Of a stretch of 64,000 nt of DNA, positions 52,620-61,854 are shown one piece after another. The position numbers and the translations under genes are program-made. Origin of the DNA: Lepidodermella squamata. Its lineage: Eukaryota > Animalia > Gastrotricha. Numbering within the stretch: the stretch's first letter is position 1; the number at the start of each line of letters is the position of its first letter. Below the pieces are notes generated by a model. It ran no database searches, was not told where the DNA came from, and worked only from the letters and a program-made list of their open reading frames with translations. Where the stretch lies: positions 310,001-374,000 of the forward strand of contig JBLDXI010000038.1 in the NCBI GenBank assembly GCA_047495785.1. Direction: 5' to 3'.

Positions 52620-52767
52620 GTGCACGTAAATTCCAAGAATTGCCGAATTATCGGTCTCAGACCGCACACTTGGTGATTTCCGGAGCCGTTGCTAGAGAAC
52701 AACTAGTTTTTTCAACGATCCATCTTAATCCTTGAAAGATTTGTCGTGTAAACAGCCAGTAACAATA
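52620..52767 (+). ncRNA. H/ACA snoRNA C2
   Basis: H box AGAGAA, ACA 52762-52764. The 3' pocket TTTTCA/GTAAAC pairs with 18S GUUUAC-UU-UGAAAA at a 14-nt distance. Confidence 0.85.
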
Positions 52768-52864
52768 TTTTTCTCTTTAGAATTCAATCGAGTGATCCAT
52801 GGCGCTGGCGAATTGAAGAAGCCGTTTGAAAAGGTGAGTTCTCGAGCAATGTTTAAACCGTTGA

Positions 52865-52998
52865 ACCACAGCTTAGCTGCGTACGTCCGAATTCCGTTGG
52901 CACTACGCCTGTTCCCGCTAGTGGATATTGAAATAAGATGCATCTATACGTCGTTTTCTTTGTTGCGAAAACTGCCGTACGCTTGGTATCTAACATCT
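52865..52998 (+). ncRNA. H/ACA snoRNA A1
   Basis: 5' pocket TTAGCT/TGTTCCC pairs with 28S GGGAACG-UG-AGCUGG; 3' pocket CTAT/ACGCTTG pairs with 28S CAAGCGU-UC-AUAG; ACA 52993-52995. Confidence 0.9.
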
Positions 52999-53102
52999 TG
53001 CTTTTTCTAGATTTTCGAGGGGCCAATAAATCAAATCCTGAATTGGTGAATCGAAGAATCCGTTTGAAACAGTGAGTTCTCTAGCAATATCTCAACGATT
53101 GA

Positions 53103-53236
53103 GCCACAGCTTAGCTGCGTACGTCCGAACCCCGTTGGCACTACGCCTGTTCCCGCTCGTGGATATTGAAATAAGATGCATCTATACGTCGTTTTCTTTG
53201 TTGCGAAAACTGCCGTACGCTTGGTATCTAACATCT
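53103..53236 (+). ncRNA. H/ACA snoRNA A2
   Basis: Near-identical to A1; ACA 53231-53233. Confidence 0.9.
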
Positions 53237-53366
53237 TCCTTTTTCCAGAGTCGATCCAACAATGGCCGAACGATCGAATTTGAAGAATTTGAGCCATAAG
53301 GTAAGCTCTAATTTCATTTAAAGGGAACTTTTGTCGGAGGTTAAACGGAATGGGGCAGAAATTCTC

Positions 53367-53504
53367 TACACAACATCCTGGGGTCGTAGCTCGGGTTCGC
53401 CCTGTGCAAAGACACCGTTCAAGTTGTGTAATAGTATCAGAGGAATTAGCACTGAGTGGAAATTTTACCGTTCTCGCATTCGGTGGGACATTTCTCTTAC
53501 ATTT
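53367..53504 (+). ncRNA. H/ACA snoRNA B1
   Basis: TACACAAC/GTTGTGTA stem, H box ATAGTA, AGAGGA/TTCTCT lower stem, ACA 53499-53501; pockets TCCTG/GTTCA and TTAG/GGGACA. Confidence 0.9.
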
Positions 53505-53621
53505 CTTTTTCTGTTCCAGATTCGTGTCCCAAACCGGAATACTACTTTCTGCAGCCTCTGGACTGGTTTATTGGTTATCAGGTACGTTATTCTAGAATTT
53601 TTTTATAGTTGTTAGTTTGTA

Positions 53622-53757
53622 GCCACAGCTTAGCTGCGTACGTCCGAATTCCGTTGGCATTACGCCTGTTCCCGCTAGTGGATATTGAAAATTGATACAT
53701 CTATACGTCGTTTTCCCTTCTCATCGAAGACTGCCGTACGCTTGGTATCAAAAATGT
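53622..53757 (+). ncRNA. H/ACA snoRNA A3
   Basis: Family A copy with a different apical loop, GATAC/GTATC stem and terminal AAA in place of ACA. Confidence 0.85.
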
Positions 53758-53856
53758 TATTTTATTTTCCAGATCTCCGCCTTCTGTTCGTTATTGGCTT
53801 TGATCGGCTCCTATGAAATGAGGTATGTCAGATGTTTATCTTTACCTTTCTTAATT

Positions 53857-53996
53857 TACACGACATCCTGGGGTCGTAGCTCGGGTTCGCCCTTTGCAAA
53901 GACACCGTTCAAGTCGTGTGATATGATCATGCAAAATTAGCACTGAGTCGAAATTTTATTTGTTCTCGCATTCGGTGGGACATTTTGCTTACATTC
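53857..53996 (+). ncRNA. H/ACA snoRNA B2
   Basis: Compensatory stems CACGAC/GTCGTG and GCAAAA/TTTTGC; H box ATATGA; ACA 53991-53993. Confidence 0.9.
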
Positions 53997-54095
53997 TGCT
54001 CTTCATTTCAGAATAAATTCCAACAAGCAGGATCAAATGGCATCGGCACCATAACACAAACAGGTATGTATCGAGCTGTAATAATAATTTTCGAG

Positions 54096-54240
54096 GTGCA
54101 CGTAAATTCCAAGAATTGCCTAATTCACGGTCTTAGACCGCACACTTGGTGATTTCCGGAGCCGTTGCTAGATTAAATACTTGTTTTTTCAACGGATGTC
54201 TTTTTCATAAGATTTTTCGTGTAAACGACTTGTTACAGTG
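54096..54240 (+). ncRNA. H/ACA snoRNA C3
   Basis: 5' hairpin near-identical to C2; H box AGATTA; ACA 54235-54237. Confidence 0.85.
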
Positions 54241-54343
54241 TATATATTTTAGAACTGCCACATTTTGCTGAGGAAATTTTACCTGCCTACTCCGCTGGCT
54301 GTACTGATAAAGGTTAGTGACTATATTTAGTAACTCTAGCCTT

Positions 54344-54477
54344 GCCACAGCTTAGCTGCGTACGTCCGAATTCCGTTGGCACTACGCCTGTTCCCGCTAG
54401 TGGATATTGAAATAAGATGCATCTATACGTCGTTTTCATTGTTGCGAAAACTGCCGTACGCTTGGTATCAGACATTT
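54344..54477 (+). ncRNA. H/ACA snoRNA A4
   Basis: Family A copy; ACA 54472-54474. Confidence 0.9.
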
Positions 54478-54617
54478 TTCTTTGTTTTTCAGGCAAAATA
54501 ATCCGTTGCCTTCGACTCCGTTCTGTGCACCTCATGACATCAGGCAAGTGTTTTCTCTTTTATACAGAGCCTACGATTAGATTAAGGAGGAATTTCTTGT
54601 TTCATCGTTTTTTCACC

Positions 54618-54755
54618 TACACAACATCCTGGGGTTGAAGCTGAGCAAATGCTTGTGCGTAAACACCGTTCAAGTTGTGTAATAGTATCAGAGGAATTAG
54701 CACTGAGTGGAAATTTTACCGTTCTCGCATTCGGTGGGACATTTCTCTTATAGTT
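54618..54755 (+). ncRNA. H/ACA snoRNA B3 (in a GC-AG intron)
   Basis: Compensatory upper stems (GTT/AAC for GTC/GAC; GAGC/GCTT for GGG/CCC); H box ATAGTA; terminal ATA 54750-54752. Confidence 0.88.
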
Positions 54756-54858
54756 TTCTTTTCATTTCAGATCTTCTCCCAGTCTGAAACTGGCAAACGT
54801 TGTGTTTATCGATCGTCTTTCTATCAGGTTGGTTGATTTATATTTTTGCCGGTTATTA

Positions 54859-54992
54859 GCCACAGCTTAGCTGCGTACGTCCGAACCCCGTTGGCACTAC
54901 GCCTGTTCCCGCTAGTGGATATTGAAATAAGATGCATCTATACGTCGTTTTCTTTGTTGCGAAAACTGCCGTACGCTTGGTATCTAATATCT
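54859..54992 (+). ncRNA. H/ACA snoRNA A5
   Basis: Family A copy; terminal ATA 54987-54989. Confidence 0.88.
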
Positions 54993-55092
54993 TCCTTTTT
55001 TCCAGGTTGATTGAGGGTGCCCGTGAATGGAATCGGTGAATCGAAGAAGCCGTTTGAAAAAGTGAGTTGTCTATCAATATTTCAACCTTTGA

Positions 55093-55229
55093 GCCACAGC
55101 TTAGCTGCGTACGTCCGAATTCCGTTGGCACTACGCCTGTTCCCGCTAGTGGATATTGAAATAAGATGCATCTATACGTCGTTTTCCTATACATATCGAA
55201 GACTGCCGTACGCTTGGTATCTAATATGA
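55093..55229 (+). ncRNA. H/ACA snoRNA A6
   Basis: Family A copy; terminal ATA 55224-55226. Confidence 0.88.
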
Positions 55230-55414
55230 CTTCTTTATTTTTAGATTGGTGTATACCACGACTATCTCCTGGCGGTTGGTTTAATTTGTTGATCCTCCTT
55301 ATTTCCTAGATGCGAGAAGATATAATGACGAAAAATTGCTATATTTTCTAGATTTGTTAAAATGATAATTTTTAACCGATTTTGATTTGACACAATCGAT
55401 TCCTGGTTAAAGTC

Positions 55415-57818
55415 ATGGCAACTGCCAATGAGTCAAAGCTGGCCGATTTGCTTACTAGGGCTACCACTCTTTTCGGTACTACTTCGACAGGGTCAAGCTC
55501 GATTGATGAGTTCTGCGCTCTAGTCAAGTCGGAACCTGAAGGCCCTCAAATCACCCTCCGTCTCCTCGCTCACAAATTACAATCACCAGTTGAAAGTGAA
55601 GCAATGGCTGCGTTGGACGTCCTTCAACGTTGCGTCGAGACATGCGGTCCAACTTTTCACGCCGAAATCGGAAAATTCCGGTTCTTGAATGAAATCGTCA
55701 AAGTCATTTCGCCAAAAGTGAGAATAATTGCCAATTATTGATTCCATTCAGCCCATAATTTCCATGAAATCTTCGAAGCATGCCACCTTTGATAGATTTA
55801 CAGACAGTGGGCAAAATTAATTAAGGAGGATGTGTATTTGAAAATGATCCCATTGTGAATTTTCGAGAATTTTTCCTTGAACAGAACCTGTATTTTTCAG
55901 TACTTTGGAGTCTATACCTCAGCTCGCGTCAAAGATCGGTGTATCGAAATGATGTATGGCTGGACGAAATCGTTGAAAAATGAGCCGAAAATCGCAGAGG
56001 CATACGAAATGCTACGGAAACAGGGTTTACTGCGTATCGACCCGGCCGCTCGTGAGCTCGAAGCTGAGGCAGCGAAAAAGGCGGCCGAGGCTGAAAAGCA
56101 ACGGTTCAGCGCAGCCAGTGCCGGTTCAGTCGCGCTCGGTTTGCCTGAAGCGCCGAAGCGGTCAACACCTCGAAAGCCGATTTTGGACGATGATCGTGCG
56201 AAAACGTTGAAAATGCTACTCGCCAGTAAGCGGCCGGAAGACCTTCAAGCAGCGAATCAGTTGATCAAGGAAAGTTTGAAGCAAGATGAAGAGCGGGTGG
56301 AGCGGCATTCGAAACGGCACGCGGAGCTGGAAATAGTTCGAAATAACATGACCCTGTTAACCGATATGTTAGACCACTACGAAGAGTCATTGATGGCTCA
56401 AACCCCGGACGCGAGAACGCCGAAAAACTCGACCTCGGACTCGGATACCGACACGGATGTTATGGCTGAGCTGTATATGATGTTGGACAAACACCGGCCC
56501 GCCCTATTCCGCATGGCCTCGGAGGTCGAAGAGACCGAAGACGACATGCTTGCGGCGTTGTTACGAGCTAATGACGAATTGCTCGAAGTTTTAGCGAGGT
56601 ATCGTCACCTAGTGAATGGCGAGCCTATGATGACCAGCCAACCTCGTCCTCAAAAAACGAAGAGCAGCACGAATAGTGCTCAAAAAGGCGACTCGAATTC
56701 CTCGTTTTTGGTCGACGTAGCCGATCTGTTAACATCACCTCAACAGCCGTCGAATAACACGTCTCCAAAGGGGGGCCAAGGTATCGACTTACTCAGTCAA
56801 GAGCTGGCAGCAGTCGGCCTTTCCCCGCCAACTTCGACTTCGAGTAATAACAAATCGCAGCTGGAAGAAGCCAAGACTGCTTTTAAAGAGTTTTCCACAT
56901 CGAACAGTTCTTCCCACGGCCTCGATTCTGAATTAATCAGTCTCGACCTGCAATCAGCAGGCAGCAACGGCAATCTTCCGAACAACTCGGTTCAGAAAAT
57001 TCTCGACTCCTTATCGACCTCGCAGTCTGGCGGTGCTTCTTTGATGCAGAATGACCCTGTACCACGAAGAAATACGCCCCAGGCGAAGCAGATGGACGCT
57101 CTAGATCTGCTCGGCCAAGAAGTGATTCAGAAACACCTGCCTGATAAAGCGCCGAAACCGGTTGTTGAAACGAAACCAGCTCAACCGCCAGTCCCAGCCG
57201 CTGCTTCAACCTGCCTCCTCGATTCAGATGACATGCCGAGTGAGCCACCGTCAAAGCCTGCCGAATCCAATGGTAACGGTGTCGCCGAAGATCATACTAA
57301 GAAATCTCAGTCGTCCACAGTTGATTTGAGCGAGTTGACGTTCTCCCTCGATCGTTTTCGCCCGCTCTCTTCAGCCAGCCCTATTTCGCTTTATCAGCGT
57401 AACGGTATTAACGTCCTATTACTACTTAATGCCGACTCACCGCATCCAAACGTGAAAGTATTTCTCGTCTCGTCCTCCTCAATGGCCGCAGATCCGATCA
57501 CAAATTTCAAAATGAGCTTCTCCGTGCATGCGGTAAATGTTGCTTTCGAAAAATATTAAGGAGGAATTTAAAATTTTTTATTTTTCACAGAAACAAGCCA
57601 AAGCTTGTCAAATAAGGCCTCTGGATGCCTCAGCTACATCACTGGCTCCGTTCAACCCAATTATGGCGCCATCTGTTGTGACTCAACTTATTTTCGGCGC
57701 GTTTACTGCCCCGTTCCCCGATTCGTTGAAGTTGCGTTTTGAAGTGAGCTATCGTCTTCGCGATACCTGCTACAGTGAGTCGGGAATTGAAGAAGTTCCT
57801 CTATTTTTCGAGTCATAA
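55415..57818 (+). CDS. GGA: GGA (Golgi-localised, gamma-ear-containing, ARF-binding) adaptor
   Basis: VHS (EPEGPQITLRLLAHKLQSPVESEA, EIGKFRFLNE), GAT (LLASKRPEDLQAANQLIK, RPALFRMASE), hinge, GAE ear (SLAPFNPIM); introns 55718-55900 and ~57533-57590. Confidence 0.95.
55751..55886 (+). ncRNA. Box H/ACA snoRNA candidate F in GGA intron 55718-55900
   Basis: GCCCA/TGGGC lower stem; AAATCT-TCGAAG/CTTTGA-AGATTT upper stem; H box AAATTA 55814-55819; TTAAGGAGGA/TTTTCCTTGA stem then ACA 55881-55883. Both pockets lie 14 nt from their box. Confidence 0.75.
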
Positions 57819-58468
57819 TACCAAAAAAATTCGACCAGTATGCGCCGTAAATATTATTTATATTATATCTTGCGAATGAATAAAAGTTCTGAGTCCAGCA
57901 GCAATGACGTGTTGTGCGAATATAAAGTAAAGCCTAAAAGTTTCGTTTATTTGGACATTCAGTCCTGTGAAAAAATGGCAAAAGTGATGTTATATTATAC
58001 AATTTTGGTCTTGCTTTTTGGTATGCTATTTTTCTTATTTCATACCTATTTCCACGTTGAAATATCCCGAATAAAAATGCAGCGCTTAGTCAAAATAATG
58101 CATCGTTTAGTCACCTGAAAATTTTACTTTTTGTCTTCATTATTATTAAATATTAAACTGAAAAATGTCTACTTGCGATATAAAAATCTAATGTCCGTTC
58201 GCTTCTAACGCGCTCTTATGTTCTCATAATTTTTGTGTGCGGTGATGCATGTCTTATTTGTGATCAAGATGAGTCATATCGACTGATGACTCATCAACAC
58301 GACAACATTCTGTCCATCTTTATGAATGTAAATTATTGCTATTATTGACCGAGGATTATTGTCATTAAATAACGTGCTACACGCATTATGTCGTGTAAAA
58401 TTTGCAAATCTAAGGTGTCTTTTTCTCAACCTAGTAATTATTGTTTATGAAAACATTGATTTTTCATC

Positions 58469-59445
58469 ATGGCACAGTCAAGAAACACAGAAAGTGTCAT
58501 CGCACTTGCAAAGTACGTGCTGTTGTCAACACAAAGCTGTTTTATTCCGTCATAATGTTTTAAGGCGGCTCGGCGCTTTGCAAGAAATTCGGCTGAGTTC
58601 ACTTGAAGATTTGAAACCGCGTGTTAGAAGACAACCGCGTCGTTCCATAGCTGATCAAGATCTCCAATTCGCCTTTGTCCTCGACTTCGAATCAACCTGC
58701 TGGAATGACAAGGTTACCCGCACGCAGGAAATTAGTAACAATTATTAAATTTCGCAATACGGCTATTCAACGTCACTTATTGTTTTCAGTCGAATTCTCA
58801 GCGGTCCTGTTGAATCTTTCCTCTGGCAAAATCGTCGACGAGTTCCAGTCTTACGTTGAACCCCAAGAACAACCTAACCTGAGCAATTTTTGCATGGAAT
58901 TGACCGGAATTAAACAAAGCGATGTATCTGCTGCCATGCCGCTGCGTTACGTCATGCGTTCATTCAAAACCTGGGTTGAGAAAACTACGGATGAATATAA
59001 TTTACGATTAGTCGTACCAACTGATGTCGGTCAAAGTGAAGACAAGAAAAAGTTGAAAATCATCAAGCAAGAGCATGAAATGGCTAAAAAATGGGCCACT
59101 TTTATCACGTGGTCAGATTGGGATCTCAACGTTTGTCTTTATTACGAATGCAACCGCAAACAAATTTCCCGTCCACCTTATCTTAACTGCTGGATCGATC
59201 TACGAGCTGTTTATTCGGTTAGTTTCTAGTTTTTTCGAGGAGATCTTTGACAACCTTTATTTTTTAATTAGGAATTTTATGAACGCAGGCCAGCTGGTTT
59301 GAATGGTGCGCTAAAAGAGCTAGGGCTTTCATTTGTTGGTCGAGAGCATGCCGGAATCGACGATGCTAGAAACACTGCTATTTTATCATATCGATTAGTT
59401 ACTGACGGTTGCCATTTGTGTGTTACGAAAATTCGAGCCAATTGA
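58469..59445 (+). CDS. ERI2: ERI2/Snipper-like DEDDh 3'-5' exoribonuclease (short form, no GRF zinc finger)
   Basis: LAKRLG N-terminus, VLDFESTCW, EFSAVLLN, FCMELTGIKQ, TWSDWDL, WIDLR, GREHAGIDDARNTA. Confidence 0.88.
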
Positions 59446-59518
59446 TATTCTCGCTCAATTCATTCATAAATTTTCACATTTTTATCAATATTTAATGTTT
59501 TCTCTTAGATTTTTAAAT

Positions 59519-60075
59519 ATGCCAAAAGTTAATCATAAAGGCAAAGCTCGTCACTTCACAAATGAGGAAGAGCTAAGGGCTACGAATTTGGATGAACCGA
59601 AAAAGGACGAAGAAGAAACGGGAGAAGCGGGTCCTTCTGCTCTTCCGGTGCCGAAAAACCCCGCAGATGCAGAAGGTGACGAAGAAGATGAGGATGAGGA
59701 TGCTGAGAGCAAACGGAAAGGGGTCAGTCATTTGATTGAAACTGTCAATCCGAACCGGGTCGCTCGCAAGCCTAAAAAAGCCTCGGAAATAAGCTTGGAT
59801 GTGAAGCCAAGTTCGAAACCAAAAGATCAAGTCGATGCTGATAAGTTGCGACAACAGGCCGAGCGGAGGCAGTTGGAAGCAGACTTGGCTCGACTCGCAA
59901 TCGTTCGGAAGCAGCGCGAAGAAGAGGAGAGGTATGACAGTTTTTCATCGGTAAAAATTACCTTGAAACAATCGAATTTTTCAGGAAAATGGCTGAGGCT
60001 AAGAAACTTAAGGAAATGATGAGGGGTGGTGGAGCTTCTTCCACCTCGCCGACTGGTCAGACAGGCAAAAGATGA
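59519..60075 (+). CDS. PDAP1: 28-kDa heat- and acid-stable phosphoprotein
   Basis: HKGKARHFT, KRKGVSHLIETVNPNR, ADLARLAIVRKQREE; intron 59932-59984. Confidence 0.88.
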
Positions 60076-60511
60076 ATCAATAGCTAAGTAAAACCGGCTT
60101 GTTATTTGATCCTCTTGCCTGGTCTCCGGTTTCTCAAGCGGCTTTCTATAATATGGAGCAATCATTATTGCTTTTCGAAAACGCAGTTTTATGTCCGAAA
60201 AACTTCAATTATCCCTGTGCTTCTAGGATTCTCTGTTTAGTCGCTGACGCAAAAGCTTGTTTGGGTGCCCTTGTCCTTCTATGTATATGCCGATATGTCT
60301 ATCTATCTAGTATTATGAAGTTTATTTCTCTGATTTCTTTCGTTTTTCTATTGTAAAATTGCTGCTTGTCAAAAGCCGATTAACATGTCGACAAAGAAAT
60401 TATTATTTGTTGTGTGCTCAAAACGCTGGAACTAAAATAAGAAATTGAAGTTGAAAATTTTGAACGGTTGTTCAATTTTATTTAGATTTTTATTTCATAT
60501 TGGTGCAAAAC

Positions 60512-61548
60512 ATGGAAGCGATTGTCGCGAATGTCGATGACATAAAATTCGACGTAGAACTTGCTGTCGAGCAGCAAGTTGGTGCTCAACTGATGCCTTT
60601 CCCCGGCATGGATAGTAAGTTATTACGCTTTATTATGTCTTCGTGAAAATTGTACATTTGAATATTGTTAAGGTGGGTTATTCAAATTTTTCATCTTTTC
60701 CAGAATCAACTGCTGGTGCTTGTTCTTACTTTCTGCGAGGAAACTGCGAGAAAGGCAATAATTGCCCGTTTCGTCATATTCGCGCCACCACATCAGTCGT
60801 TTGTAAGCATTGGTTGCGAGGTCTTTGCAAAAAAGGCGACGAATGCGAGTTTTTACACGAATACGACATGACGAAAATGCCTGAATGTTACTTCTACTCG
60901 AAATTCTCCGAATGCGGTAACAAAGACTGCCCATTCCAGCACATCGACCCTGAAAAGAAAGTGCGTGACTGCCCGTGGTACGATCGAGGCTTCTGCCGGC
61001 ACGGTCCTCAGTGTAAGAATCGGCATGTTCGCCGAGTTGCGTGTCCACCTTATATGGCTGGTTTCTGCCCGGAAGGTCGTAAATGCAAACACATGCATCC
61101 GCGATGGGAGTTGCCTACTCAGATCAATCCTGGCCCTATGCGGCCGTCAGTGTGCTATTTCTGTAACGAAGCTGGTCACAAGTTGCAGCAATGTGATAAA
61201 ATTGACAAATCAACGCTGGAAAATATGCAACAATTCCCGCGGAGACCGTGGCAGCAGCAACAACATCACCAGCAAAATGATGCGGATGGTGATGGCGCTG
61301 GTCACGGCTCGGAACAAAACAAACCTCCGATGATGATGAACCAAATGCGGCCTCGGAGAGATATTTCTGAAATCACGTGTTTCAAATGCGGGCAGAAAGG
61401 CCATTACGCTGCTCGGTGTGAAGCTAGCGGTGCTCCGGGTGGCGGTCAAACTGGCGGAATCCAGACTATCGGAAGTACGGGTGGTGGATACCGCGGCGGC
61501 TTTCGGGGCGGATTCCGGGGTGGTTTCCGTCAGAATATGGACATGTAG
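60512..61548 (+). CDS. CPSF4: Cleavage and polyadenylation specificity factor 30 kDa
   Basis: MEAIVANVDDIKFDVELAVEQQ...PFPGMD, five CCCH fingers (VCKHWLRGLCKKGDECEFLHEYDMTKMPECYFY) and two CCHC knuckles. Confidence 0.95.
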
Positions 61549-61854
61549 TCATTTTTACTTCGTCTTATGGTGATTTGTTCAATGTTGCCCATTTTGAAAC
61601 AAGCCTTTCCATCTCAAATGAAAACTGCGAGACATATTGAAATTTTGAATAAAAAAACATTTTTCAATTTACTGTTGCAAGTATTAATTTTCAAATTTCG
61701 TTGGTCTGAAAACAATTGAACACTTGGATGACATTGATGCTTTTATTTAGCAGCTGATACAAATTTTTTAAATATACCAATCAACTAGTCGAAGAATATC
61801 AATTCTTAAAAGCTGAAGGTGAAAAAATAAAGCCAGTCAATAAGTATTCTGAGT

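Larger units (their letters stand above)
51826..55351 (+). ncRNA. Non-coding multi-exon snoRNA host transcript (or very long 5' leader of GGA)
   Basis: 14 introns with canonical ends: 51887-52072, 52122-52296, 52341-52534, 52589-52780, 52834-53010, 53072-53248, 53301-53519, 53582-53772, 53823-54011, 54064-54252, 54313-54492, 54544-54770 (GC donor), 54828-55005, 55062-55244. They are separated by 44-62-nt exons without a sustained ORF. Confidence 0.85.

Noticed and set aside
53488-53490. First ACA in family B taken as the terminal box
   Set aside because: GGGACA is the pocket strand. The covarying lower stem and 14-nt spacing place the true box at 53499-53501.
54624-54640. ACATCCTGGGGTTGAAG resembles bacterial/organellar 23S rRNA
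   Set aside because: The match is short, does not extend, and is explained as the pocket and stem of snoRNA B3.
52725-55229. Repeated short ORFs (HSLAAYVRIPLALRLFPLVDIEIRCIY and antisense versions) as a peptide family
   Set aside because: They run across splice sites, break frame between copies, and vary in a way that follows RNA base pairing rather than codons. They are by-products of the snoRNA repeats.
52152-55229. CRISPR-like repeat-spacer array
   Set aside because: Eukaryotic context, ~135-150-nt units of several families bounded by splice sites, and no cas genes.
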